Part shown: positions 47,384 to 60,260 of the stretch, in pieces
How positions within the stretch are numbered: position 1 is the first letter of the stretch
Layout: every line of letters starts with the position of its first letter
Origin: Anaeramoeba ignava BMAN
Taxonomy: Eukaryota; Protista; Anaeramoebae
Assembly (NCBI GenBank): GCA_028826165.1
Contig: JAPDFW010000136.1
Location: forward strand, 1 to 64,000
Direction of reading: 5' to 3'
DNA: 64,000 nucleotides
Translations under genes and position numbers: made by a program
Notes under the pieces: model-generated
Databases searched by the model: none
Told to the model about the DNA's origin: nothing
The model's input: only the letters and a program-made list of their open reading frames with translations

Positions 47384-49747
47384 TTAATTTTGATTTTGAT
47401 TATTAAATTTGTTAATTAATAAATCAAATAAATTTGGATATGTTTGATTTAATTGAAAATAATCAATTCCAATTTGAATTTCATCAATAATTTCTTGTGT
47501 AATTTGAATTCCATCTTTAATTTGATTTGAATAAATCCAATATTCAAATATTTGAAATGATTTATTACTTAATTCACTATAATCTGTAACTTTATTAGAA
47601 GTATCATTTGTTACAGATAAAAACATTCCTCGATATAATTCACTTCTCATTATTAATATTAATTTTGGAAATTTATATTGTTTTTCTTTTCTTTCAATTA
47701 TAAAATCTTTTTCATTTTCATTTAAATAAATTCTTTTCATTGTTTCTTCAATTTTTTCATTTGAATTTATAATTTCTTTAATTTCAGAATATAATATTGG
47801 ATTTATTTTAGAATTATTTGAATAAATCATTTCAAATATTTGATTTGATTCTTTAATTGATTTATTTGAAATAATTTCTTGAAGTTTTTCATTTTGATTT
47901 TGATTTAATCTATATTTCAATATTAATTTATGAGCTTCAATTATTTCTCCATTTTTGGTTTTAAATGAAATATCACAAAATTCTTTTCTTCTAAATAATT
48001 TTATCAAATCTTCTTCAAGATTAGAAAAAGAAGAAAGAGAAGGAGAATAATAAAGAAATGATTTTGATACACCATAAGAAATATGATAATTGAAAATATT
48101 TCCATTAAATCTTAATTTAGGAAGTTCAATTTGAATTGGAATTGATTGATTATTTGTATCTCCTGTTCCTAATTGACCATAATCATTTAACCCAAATCCT
48201 ATCATTTTTCCTTTGGATGTTAAAATCAAATTATGATACCTTCCAACAGAAATATCAATAATATTATCATTTTCAAATAAAGATGATTTAATTTCAGTAA
48301 ATTCATAAGTATTTTCATTTTTGCCAAGTCCATTAAATCTATAATCTCCACATGAATAAATTTTTCTTTTTGGATTTTGATTTTGATTTTCATCTTCAAT
48401 CAACATTATTGAATGCATATATCCACATTGAATATCAATTATTTTACCTTTTGGAATATTTTGGATTTTAGTTAATTTGAGGATTTTCTTTTTCTTATAA
48501 CCTAATCCAAATTGACCAAATCTATTATCACCACATACAAATAATTCTTGATTTGAATTTAAAAGAAAAGCATGTTTTGAATCATATCCTGAAAATATTT
48601 TAGAAATATTTTTCATCATTAAAATTGGTTTTTTTGTATTTCGTGATTTTTTGAAGCCAAGTTGACCAGAATAATTTGAACCAATTCCATAAGCATTTTC
48701 ATTTGAAGTTAATAAGTAAATTGAACTTCCTCCAGAAACAATATCTTGAACTATTCTATCATTTTTATCTTCAATTAATGATGAAATATTGATAAATTCT
48801 TTTGGATTATTTGGATTAATCACTTTTCCTTTGGCAAATACATTTCCTTCTATTGTTAAAATAGCTTCATTTTCAGAACCAACAGTTACTTTTTGAATAT
48901 TTTCTTCAATTTGGATTTTTTGAGGATTTTGTTTTGAATCATTTTCATTTAAATATTCTATTGCTTTTCCATTTTCAAAAAGGAAAATAATTGAAAAATC
49001 TCCTGATACAATTTGTTTAATTTGTTTTTCATTTTCATTTTCATTTTCATTTTCATTTTCATTTTCAAATTCAAATTGAATTGGTTTTGTTATTTTATCT
49101 TGTTTATTTTTGAAAAGTTTTGGCAAACTATTTAAACCAAAAAATAAAATGTCATTTTGATTTTCTTTTGTTTTTGTTTTTGTTTTTGAATTTGAATTTG
49201 ATTTTGATTTTGATTTTGATTTTGATTCTGAATTTGAATTTGAATTTGAATTTGAATTTGATTTTGAATTTAAATTTGAATTTGGATTTGAATTTGAATT
49301 TGTTTTTGAATTTGTTTTTGATTTTGATTTTGAATTTAAATTTGAATTTGAATTTGTTTTTGTTTTTGTTTTTGAATTTGAATTTGAATTTAAATTTGAT
49401 TTTAAATTTGAATTTGATTTTGATTTTGGTTTTGATTTTGATTTTGAATTTGATTTTGAATTTGTTTTTGATTTTGAATTTGATTTTGTTTTTGAATTTG
49501 AATTTGAATTTGGATTTAAATTTGAATTTGAATTTGAATTTGTTTTTGTTTTTGAATTTGTTTTTAAATTTAAATTTAAATTTGAATTTAAATTTGAATT
49601 TGAATTTGAATTTGATTTTGAATTTGAATTTGAATTTGAATTTGCTTTTAAATTTGAATTTGATTTTAAATTTGAATTTGAATTTGAATTTGAATTCGAT
49701 TTTGAATTTGATTTTGAATTTGAATTTGAATTTGTTTTTGAATTCAT
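47384..49747 (-). CDS. RCC1-repeat + BTB protein, copy 4 (intact, 787 aa) with an N/S/K/T low-complexity N-terminal extension of about 195 aa
   Basis: Same scaffold as copies 1-3 from NDILFFG onward. Confidence 0.9.
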   Translation of the reverse strand: MNSKTNSNSNSKSNSKSNSNSNSNSNLKSNSNLKANSNSNSNSKSNSNSNSNLNSNLNLNLKTNSKTKTNSNSNSNLNPNSNSNSKTKSNSKSKTNSKSNSKSKSKPKSKSNSNLKSNLNSNSNSKTKTKTNSNSNLNSKSKSKTNSKTNSNSNPNSNLNSKSNSNSNSNSNSESKSKSKSKSNSNSKTKTKTKENQNDILFFGLNSLPKLFKNKQDKITKPIQFEFENENENENENENEKQIKQIVSGDFSIIFLFENGKAIEYLNENDSKQNPQKIQIEENIQKVTVGSENEAILTIEGNVFAKGKVINPNNPKEFINISSLIEDKNDRIVQDIVSGGSSIYLLTSNENAYGIGSNYSGQLGFKKSRNTKKPILMMKNISKIFSGYDSKHAFLLNSNQELFVCGDNRFGQFGLGYKKKKILKLTKIQNIPKGKIIDIQCGYMHSIMLIEDENQNQNPKRKIYSCGDYRFNGLGKNENTYEFTEIKSSLFENDNIIDISVGRYHNLILTSKGKMIGFGLNDYGQLGTGDTNNQSIPIQIELPKLRFNGNIFNYHISYGVSKSFLYYSPSLSSFSNLEEDLIKLFRRKEFCDISFKTKNGEIIEAHKLILKYRLNQNQNEKLQEIISNKSIKESNQIFEMIYSNNSKINPILYSEIKEIINSNEKIEETMKRIYLNENEKDFIIERKEKQYKFPKLILIMRSELYRGMFLSVTNDTSNKVTDYSELSNKSFQIFEYWIYSNQIKDGIQITQEIIDEIQIGIDYFQLNQTYPNLFDLLINKFNNQNQN

Positions 49748-49918
49748 TTATATTTTTTGAAAATGAAAAAAAAAATGAAAAAAAATTTTTGAATTTCATT
49801 TTTTTCATTATTTTCTTTCATCTTTTCTTTCATCTTTTCTTTCTTTTTTTTTCTTTTTTTTCTTTTTTGCTTTTTTACACAAAATAATCACTAAAAAAAT
49901 TAAATAATTTTAATTGAA

Positions 49919-52900
49919 ATGAGTTTTGGAATTGCACTTGAAACTTTTCGAGGAGATCGACCAGGACAATTAAATTTTTCAGTTGGAGATATAATATTTA
50001 ATGTTCAACAAACAGGAATTGGTAAATTAACTGGTACTTTAGAAAATGGTAATACTGGAACTTTTCCAAGTTATTGTGTGAAATTTCCGATTGAACCTGA
50101 AAAAGTATTTTCGAAAATAAATTTAATTCAAAATAATTTTAATTCAAAATAAATTTAATTGAATAATTTTAATTCAAGATAAATTTAATTCAAGATAAAT
50201 TTAATTGAATAATTTTAATTGAATAATTTTAATTCAAGATAAATTTAATTGAATAATTTTAATTGAATAATTTTAATTGAATAATTTTAATTCAAAATAA
50301 TTTTAATTGAATAAATTTAATTGAATAATTTTAATTGAAAATAATTTTAATTGAATAATTTTAATTGAATAATTTTAATTGAATAATTTTAATTGAATAA
50401 ATTTAATTGAATAATTTTAATTGAATAAATTTAATTGAATAAATTTAATTCAAAATAAATTTAATTGAATAATTTTAATTCAAGAATAATTTTAATTGAA
50501 TAATTTTAATTGAATAAATTTAATTGAATAAATTTAATTGAATAAATTTTAATTCAAAATAATTTTAATTCAAAATAATTTTAATTCAAAATAATTTTAA
50601 TTGAATAATTTTAATTGAATAATTTTAATTAAATAAATTTAATTGAATAATTTTAATTCAAAATAATTTTAATTAAATAAATTTAATTGAATAATTTTAA
50701 TTCAAAATAATTTTAATTAAATAAATTTAATTGAATAATTTTAATTGAATAATTTTAATTGAATAATTTTTAATTCAAAATAATTTTAATTGAATAATTT
50801 TAATTCTGAATAATTTTAATTAAATAAATTTAATTCAAAATAATTTTAATTGAATAAATTTAATTGAATAATTTTAATTCAATAATTTTAATTGAATAAT
50901 TGTAATTGAATAATTTTAATTCAATAATTTTAATTGAATAAATTTAATTGAATAAATTTAATTGAATAATTTTAATTCAAAATAAATTTAATTGAATAAA
51001 TTTTAATTGAATAATTTTAATTGAATAATTTTAATTAAATAAATTTTAATTGAATAATTTTTAATTGAATAATTTTAATTGAATAATTTTAATTGAATAA
51101 ATTTAATTGAATAAATTTAATTGAATAAATTTAATTGAATAAATTTAATTCAAAATAAATTTAATTGAATAATTTTAATTGAATAAATTTAATTCAAAAT
51201 AAATTTTAATTGAATAATTTTAATTGAATAATTTTAATTGAATAATTTTAATTGAATAAATTTTAATTGAATAAATTTAATTCAAAATAATTTTAATTGA
51301 ATAAATTTAATTGAATAAATTTTAATTGAAAATAAATTTTAATTGAATAATTTTAATTGAATAAATTTAATTGAATAAATTTAATTGAATAAATTTAATT
51401 GAATAAATTTAATTGAATAAATTTAATTGAATAAATTTAATTCAATAATTTTAATTCAAAATAATTTTAATTGAATAATTTTAATTGAATAAATTTAATT
51501 CAAATAAATTTTAATTGAATAATTTTAATTCAAAATAATTTTAATTGAATAAATTTAATTGAAAAATAATTTTAATTGAATAAATTTTAATTGAATAATT
51601 TTAATTCAAAAATAAATTTAATTCAAAATAATTTTAATTGAATAATTTTTAATTGAATAATTTTAATTCAAAATAATTTTAATTGAATAAATTTAATTGA
51701 ATAATTTTAATTAAATAATTTTAATTGAATAAATTTTAATTGAATAAATTTAATTGAATAATTTTAATTGAATAAATTTAATTCAAAATAAATTTTAATT
51801 GAATAATTTTAATTGAATAATTTTAATTGAATAAATTTTAATTCAAAATAAATTTAATTGAATAATTTTTAATTGAATAAATTTAATTGAATAATTTTAA
51901 TTGAATAATTTTAATTGAATAATTTATTTTAATTCAAAATAATTTTTAATTGAATAATTTTAATTCAAAATAAATTTAATTGAATAATTTTAATTCAAAA
52001 TAAATTTAATTCAATAAATTTAATTGAATAAATTTAATTGAATAATTTTAATTGAATAAATTTAATTAAATAATTTTAATTGAATAATTTTAATTGAATA
52101 AATTTAATTGAATAAATTTAATTGAATAATTTTAATTGAATAATTTTAATTGAATAATTTTAATTGAATAATTTTAATTGAATAATTTTAATTGAATAAA
52201 TTTAATTGAATAATTTTAATTGAATAATTTTAATTGAATAATTTTAATTGAATAAATTTAATTCAAATAAATTTAATTGAATAATTTTAATTCAAAATAA
52301 TTTTAATTGAATAAATTTAATTGAATAATTTTAATTCAAAATAATTGTAATTGAATAATTTTAATTCTAAATAATTTTAATTAAATAAATTTAATTCAAA
52401 ATAATTTTAATTGAATAAATTTAATTGAATAATTTTAATTGAATAATTTTAATTGAATAATTTTAATTGAAAATAATTTTAATTGAATAATTTTAATTGA
52501 AAATAATTTTAAGAAACTTATTGCTCGTGCTATTGAACCTTATGCAAGTCGAAGAGAAGGAACTCTTTCTTTTTTTGAAAATGATTTGATTGTTCTTTCT
52601 GATCAATTTCAACCTGATCAAAAATGGTTACTTGGAACAACAAATAATTCAACTGGAAAATTTCCTTCTTATTCTGTTGTTCTTGAAAAAGCATGGGTTA
52701 TTGGAAAAAAAGCATTTTCCAAAGTAAATTAAAATTTCAATTCAAATTAAAATTAAAATTTAAAAATTCAAATTTAAAAATTATTCAAAATTAGAATTTA
52801 ATTCGAAAATATATTCATTCTGAAAAAGATACTCATGATGAATTATTAGTTGAAGTAATTGTTTATTTTTCAATCATCTTCCAAAAATCAAATTTTTTAT

Positions 52901-54728
52901 TTAATTAATTACTTTATTTATTTATTCAGATTTTAACTGAACCCAAACTGAGAGTTTTAAAAGAATTATCATTTATGGATAAAAGAGTTATTAATTCTGT
53001 TCAATTAGCAGATTGTATTGTAAAATTATTTGATAAAACGAATAAAACAAATACATTAATTTCATTTATTGTTAATAGTGAAATTGAAAATGCTGGTAAA
53101 ACTCAAATTCAAATTCAAATTCAAATTTAAATTTAAATTAAATTCAAAATCAAATTCAAATTCAAAATCAAAATCAAATTCAAATTCAAATTCAAATTCA
53201 AATTCAAATTCAAAATCAAAAATTCAAAATCAAATTCAAAATCAAAATCAAATTCAAATTCAAAATTAAATCCAAATTCAAAATCAAATTTAAATTTAAA
53301 TTCAAAATCAAAATCAAAATCAAATTTAAATTCAAAATCAAAATCAAAATCCAAATTCAAATTCAAATTCAAATTCAAATTCAAATTCAAAAACAAATTC
53401 AAATTCAAATTCAAATTCAAATTCAAAATCAAAATCAAAATCAAAATCCAAATTCAAATTCAAATTTAAATTAAAAATCAAATCCAAATTCAAATTCAAA
53501 TTCAAATCCAAATTCAAAATCAAAATTCAAATTCAAAATCAAAATCAAATTTAAATTCAAAATCAAAATCAAATTCAAATTCAAATTCAAATTCAAATTC
53601 AAAATCAAATTCAAAATCAAATTCAAATTCAAATTTAAATTCAAATTCAAAATCAAATTCAAATTTAAATCCAAATTCAAAATCAAAATCAAAATCAAAA
53701 TCAAATTTAAATTCAAATTCAAATTCAAATTCAAATTTAAAATCAAATTCAAATTCAAAATCAAATTTAAATTCAAATTCAAATTCAAATTCAAAATTAA
53801 ATTCAAATTTAAAATCAAATTCAAATTCAAATTCAAATCAAAATCCAAATTCAAATTTAAAATCAAATTCAAAATCAAATTTAAAATCAAATTCAAATTC
53901 AAATTCAAATTTAGAATCTGAAAATGCAATATTTAGAGGCAATATTCTTTCATCAAAAATTGCTGCAAGTATTGCTAAATTATATGGTCATATTTATCTC
54001 AAAAAAATAATTGAGCCTTGTATTAATGAAGTAAAAAAAGAAAACTCAATTCGAGATAAATATCTTAAAAAATATGTTTCTTTATTTCTTGAACAAATAT
54101 TATCAAGTGATGATCTTTTTCCAAGGTAGTTTTATTATCAAATATATAAAATAATCTTATAAAATATTATAAAATATATTAGAAATCTTCACTGGCTTTG
54201 TCATGAATTAAAATCAAAACTTAAAGATAAATATAACGACGAACATTTATTTGTTATTGGCTCTTTTCTTTTTACTCGATTTTTCTCTCCTTCAATTACA
54301 AATCCTGAAATTTTTGATTTAGTTTCAGATGAACCAAAACAATCATTATCTCAAATATTATTACTTATTGCAAAAGTTCTTCAAGCATTAGCAAATCAAT
54401 CTAAATTTGGAGCTCTTTCTTCTTTATTCCAATTTAATGGATTTATTGAAGAAAATAAATCTAATTTTTTAGAATTCCTTTCACATATTTCTGTATTTTT
54501 TTTATTAAAATCAAAAACTTAAAAATTCAAAAATCAAAAATTTAAAAATTTAAAAATCAAAAATTTTAGGATAGTTCTTATCAAACAAAACCAACAGATT
54601 CATTACCTCAAGTTGATTATGATGATTTAGTTAGTGAATTATCAGAATTAATTGAATTAAACAAAGAAATAATCCAAAAAATTTATAATATTGTTAAAGA
54701 AGAAATAACAGAAAATAGAAAAAAATAA
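49919..54728 (+). CDS. SH3-SH3-RasGAP protein. Exons 49919-50104, 52514-52723, 52795-52854, 52930-53095, 53915-54125, 54183-54492, 54570-54728
   Basis: SH3-1 ALETF..LNFSVGDII..GTFPSYCV; SH3-2 AIEPY..LSFFENDLI..W..GKFPSYSV; RasGAP arginine finger IFRGNILSSK, FLFTRFFSPSITNP, IAKVLQALAN. Six GT-AG introns keep frame. Confidence 0.9.
50115..52510. repeat. 2.4-kb 14-bp satellite (AATTGAATAAWTTT) filling RasGAP intron 1 (50105-52513)
   Basis: Direct inspection; the acceptor AAG directly follows the last unit. Confidence 0.96.
53100..53910. repeat. (AAATTC/AAAATC)n hexamer array filling RasGAP intron 4 (53096-53914)
   Basis: Direct inspection. Confidence 0.93.
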
Positions 54729-54892
54729 GCAAAAAAAAAAGAAACAAATTAATCTTTTTTCTTATTTCTTCTTTTTTTTTAAAATTCTTTTTTTTTTCAA
54801 CAACAAAACAAAAAAAAAATTTTTTTAATTTTGAATTTTTCTTTTTCATTTTTTTTCTTATTATTATTTTTATTATTATTATTATTATTAAA

Positions 54893-57800
54893 ATGAGTTG
54901 TTGTTGTCGACCCATTTCTAAATTTAAAAGATTAATTGATTCTATTTATCCAGATGGATTAGAACAAAAATACATTTCTGAAAATGCGCAAAAATTTACA
55001 GCATTTGCCATTTCAAACACAAAAAAATTAGTTGCAATAGGAAAATATTTATATAAAAAAGTGAAAAAAGATTTAACAAGAAAAAGATATAATTTTGTTG
55101 AAATTGGAATGACAATTATAAACGAATTGATTCAATCATGTCATCCTAACTTATCTTTATTTGGCAAAAAAATTCTTGATTTAATCGAACTTCTTTTGAC
55201 ACATGAAAACCTCAAAATGAAGATTTTGGCTGTTAAAAGTTATATCAGATTTACAGATTATTTGGGCAAAAATATTTTCTTTTCATTTAGATTGCAATCT
55301 TTTGCAAAATATTTTGTTGATATGTGTTCTCCCAAAAAAAAATCCACAAAGGAATCAGACGAAGACATTTCAAACAGCGCACTTCTTGGTCTTCATTCAA
55401 TGCTTTCAATTGCCGCAGTCTCGAATTCTCTTGAATCTTCTAATATTTTGGAATCAATTATTCCTGTTATTTTGGTTCATATGAAAATTGACAAAAATGT
55501 TTTGCCAAAAGAATCTGTTCATTTCCAACAGGAAATCAATGACGATCCCTCAAACTATCAAGACGTTCTCTTTTACGAGATTGAGGATTTCATTGAATAT
55601 AAAAAATTCCTTCAAATCGTTTCCGATATGGAAATCAATCATTCAATCCTCAAAATGGGAATTCAAGTCAATCCCGATTTGGAATTCAATCCAGATGCAG
55701 ATCTCCAGCATCCACACTCAGAAAACTCACAAGAGCTTCCTCTGGACAATGAGGATATCCATGAATCCCAAATCAAAGACTTCTCCAAAACTAGTCAAAT
55801 TGCTGAAGAGTGCTTGCGGATCATCGCAAGTTCCACAAGCATATTATCTTCCAAAAAATTGCTTAATTTCATTTTCAAATTTTTCGATGAAAAGAACCTT
55901 TGGATCCCAATCGATTTACCTCTTTATTGCTTTAATGTTGTACTTACAGCCACAAGCGAATTTTATGATACTTTGATTCTTGGCTTGTTTGATCGTCTTG
56001 GATCTATAAACAGCATCCTCACCAAAATTAGTGTTATTCGGATAATCAATATTGCTTTCAAAATGATCACTTCTTCTTCAACATTGTTCCCTTATGTCCT
56101 TCGTATTCTTGGTGAATTATTCAATAACATTTCAAGTTCAATTTCTCAAAATGAAAATCCAAATAAAGATCAAAAAGAAAAAAGAAAAAGGAAAAGAAAA
56201 AGAAAAAGAAAAAGAAAAAGAAAAAAGATTCAAATAATAATGACCAAGATCTTCAAATCGTTATTTTACAGAATGAAATCATTTCTTCAATCAGAAACTT
56301 CTCTCTTAAATTGCAAATTTCAGGTCAAAAACTTGAAGCTTTTAATTTTTTTGTTTCAAGATCACATCCACACAACCAAATTAATTTTTACGCTGCTCTT
56401 TCTGCTTTATATTTCACTCAATTTTATGGTGATCTATCTATTAACCAAACTTATTATTTGGTTCCTTTACTGGAAAAATCATTATTTCCTGATCCAAAAG
56501 TTCGGATTATTGTTCAATTAATTTTCCAAAGAATGTTTAATTCCAAAAAAAATCCAAAAAATCAAATTGGAAATGAAAATGAAAATGAAAATGAAAATGA
56601 AAATGAAAATGATTTTGATGAAAGTTTTGAAAAAGGAAATTTTTTTAAAGATGAAACTTATAATGATAATAATGATCAAAACAATAATGATAATAATAAT
56701 AATAACCAAGAAGTTTCAAATGAACAAAAAATAGCAAAAAAGAAAAGTTTTCAAACAAATGAATTTGATGATCAATTCAATTTTGATTTTGATTCTGGTT
56801 TTGAAACTGATACATTTGTTGATCTTTCTGATGCTGATGAAAACCAAAATCAAAATCAAAATCAAAATGAAAATCAAAATCAAAATCAAAATGAAAATCA
56901 AAAATGAAAATCAAAATGAAAATCAAAATGAAAATCAAAATCAAAATCAAAATGAAAATCAAAATCAAAACCAAAATCAAAATGAAAATGATTCGAAACC
57001 AAAAAATTCTCGTCTTGAAATTAAAAAAAAAATTCAAAAGCACCAAATAAAAGAAAATCTAATCACAAGATATACAATGAATTTACAAGGATTTTATGAG
57101 CCTTTTCTTCGTGATTATTATGATAAATTAATGGACTCAATTTATCAACAATTACTTCTTCCAGATAATCTTAGTTTGAATTACAAAGTTATTTTTTCAA
57201 CGTTAAAAATATTATTACGTGAATTTCACTCCACTCATCTTAAAAAAATTATTCCCCTCATTTTCAATTTACAAGAAAATATAGTCACTCGCTTTAGACA
57301 AAAACGATTAAGTGCAAAACAATTATATTTTATTCAGGTTGTTATTTTTGCTTATATTTTGTTCATTTCAAAAATTTACAAAATTGAGGAATTATCGAAA
57401 TATATTATTAGTTTGATTAACGGAATTGAGAATTGGAATAAAATTGATTTAGGATTGAATATCAAAATCACTTCTCATGGAATAAAAATTGATAGCTCTC
57501 AGCAGGAAAAACAAGAAGAAAACCAAAAAGATAATGAGAATAATAATTTGGATGAAGATATTAGTGAGGAAATTATCAATTTAATTTCAGTGAAAATGGA
57601 AAAGGAAAAAGTTGCTGAATTGATTTCGAATCAAGTGCAGTTTTCAAATAAACAACAAGCAAAACAAATACTACTTTCAGAGCATAGATTTGATTTGACT
57701 TCAACACAACCAAATCTCAAATCATTTTTTACTGATCAAAACGAATATCAAGATAAACAATTTATGGAAGAGAAATCAAATGACGATGAATCATTGCTTG

Positions 57801-58180
57801 AGATTTTCACAGACAGAAAGGGAGTGAAATCAAGAGATGCCAGTTATATTTCCCAAATGCGTTCTGATGATGAATCAATCAATATTAATGAGAGTGAAAT
57901 TGAAATGGATCAAAATATTGAAACATTTACTTCATCCAAATTGAAAGAAGTTTTTAATCTTACAAATCCTGTTCAAAATAGTCGAATGGATATTTTTGAA
58001 TCTGTTGAAGCAATGCAAACTCGTAAATATGAAGAACTTTATCATGATTTTTGGGATAAGAATCAAGACTCAAAGAGTAAAATTTCAAAAGTTTTTGATA
58101 ATACTGATCCTCATAAACTCCAAATTAATAATCAAGAAAAAATGAAATCATTTGAATTTGACACAAATTTTATGATTTAA
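54893..58180 (+). CDS. EFR3: EFR3-like protein (plasma-membrane scaffold of the PI4-kinase complex); two frame breaks in repeat tracts near 56180 and 56900
   Basis: N-terminus MSCCCRPISKFKRLIDSIYP..KFTAFAISNTKKLVAIGKYL matches the EFR3 Cys-rich palmitoylation start and first helices as I recall them; three overlapping ORFs switch frame inside AAAAAG and AAAATG repeats. Confidence 0.8.
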
Positions 58181-58254
58181 AAAAGAAAAGAAAAAAAAAG
58201 AATCTAATCAATTATTATCATTGATCTGATTTATTATGAATTTCTAAGAGATTT

Positions 58255-59450
58255 TACAAAGAAATTAATCAAGAAATTTATCAAGAAATTTATCAAGAAA
58301 TTTATCAAGAAATTTATCAAGAAATTTATCAAGAAATTTATCAAGAAATTTATCAAGAAATTTATCAAGAAATTTATATTAAAATTTATCAAGAAATTTA
58401 TATTAAAATTTATCAAGAAATTTATATTAAAATTTATCAAGAAATTTATATTAAAATTTATCAAGAAATTTATATTAAAATTTATATTAAAATTTATATT
58501 AAAATTTATCAAGAAATTAATCAAGAAATTGATCAAGAAATTAATCAAGAAATTGATCAAGAAATTTATATTAAAATTTATAAAGAAATTTATCAAGAAA
58601 TTTATATTAAAATTAATATTAAAATTAATCAAGAAATTTATCAAGAAATTTATCAAGAAATTTATATTAAAATTTATAAAGAAATTTATATTAAAATTTA
58701 TATTAAAATTTATATTAAAATTTATATTAAAATTTATATTAAAATTTATATTAAAATTTATATTAAAATTTATATTAAAATTTATCAAGAAATTTATAAA
58801 GAAATTTATAAAGAAATTTATCAAGAAATTTATCAAGAAATTTATATTAAAATTTATATTAAAATCTATCAAGAAATTTATCAAGAAATTTATCAAGAAA
58901 TTTATCAAGAAATTAAATTTATCAAGAAATTTATCAAGAAATTCATATTAAAATTTCTTAAAATTTATATTAAAATTTATATTAAAATTTATATTAAAAT
59001 TTATATTAAAATTTATATTAAAATTTATATTAAAATTTATATTAAAATTTATATTAAAATTTATATTAAAATTTATATTAAAATCTATATTAAAATTAAT
59101 ATTAAAATTTATATTAAAATTTATCAAGAAATTTATCAAGAAATTTATATTAAAATTAATATTAAAATTTATCAAGAAATTTATCAAGAAATTTATATTA
59201 AAATTTATCAAGAAATTTATATTAAAATTTATATTAAAATTTATATTAAAATTTATATTAAAATTTATCAAAAATTTATATTAAAAATTTTATCAAGAAA
59301 TTTATCAAGAAATTTATCAAGAAATTTATCAAGAAATTAATATTAAAATTTATCAAGAAATTTATCAAGAAATTTATCAAGAAATTTATATTAAAATTTA
59401 TAAAAATTTATCAAGAAATTTATATTAAAAATATTAGAATTTATATTAAA
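58255..59450. repeat. 12-bp two-variant tandem array (ATCAAGAAATTT / ATATTAAAATTT)
   Basis: Direct inspection. Confidence 0.95.
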
Positions 59451-59625
59451 ATTCAAAAAGAAATCTAAAAGGAAATTCATTCTAAATCTCTCAAATTTGT
59501 TTTTCTTTTTCTTTTTATATTTTTTTTTTTGAATTTGAATTGAATTGAAAAATAAAATTCAAAATCTTCATTTTCATTTTTTTTCTTTTTCCTTTTTTTT
59601 TCTGTTAAAAAAAAAATTTAATAAA

Positions 59626-60196
59626 ATGGAAATTAATAAAGAACTTGATGAAATTGCAAATGATTGGATAGAAAAAATGCAAAAAGAAATAGAAAATAAA
59701 CAAGAATCAAAAAAAATAAATGAAAATTTTCAACAAAATTTTTCTTCATCAAAATTTTCACAAACAAAACCTCGTCCACCAAGATTAGGACTCGGAGCTT
59801 CATTTCTTCCACATTCTCAAGCAATTAAATTGATAGGAACACGAGATAAATTGAGAAAACAAATTCAATCAAAAAATGAAAATGAAAATAAAAATGAAAA
59901 TAAAAATAAATTAAAAAAATAAATTAGAATTAGAATTAGAATTAGAATTAGAAAATAAAAATCAATCAAAAATTTTAAATAGAAAAAAAAGAAATCAATT
60001 TGTAATTTCTTCAAATAAAGATTTAATTCAAGATTTTATTCAAAAAAAAAATCAAAAGAAAAAAAAAAGAAATAGAAAAAAAAGAAAAGAAAAAAATATA
60101 GAAAAAAATATAGAAAAAGATATTGAAAAAGATATTGAAAAAAATATAGAAAAAAATATAGAAAAAGATATCATAAAAGATATTGAAAAAAATTGA
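59626..60196 (+). CDS. Small basic protein with RPPRLGLGA motif, function unknown; probable frame break near 59915
   Basis: ATG 59626 in AAAATG context; ORF stops at 59922 but a shifted frame continues with a Lys/Arg-rich tail to about 60196. End uncertain. Confidence 0.55.
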
Positions 60197-60260
60197 AAAT
60201 ATTTTCCTCATTTTTTTTTCATTTTTTTTTAAATTTTTTTTTGGATTATTTTTCTTTTAA

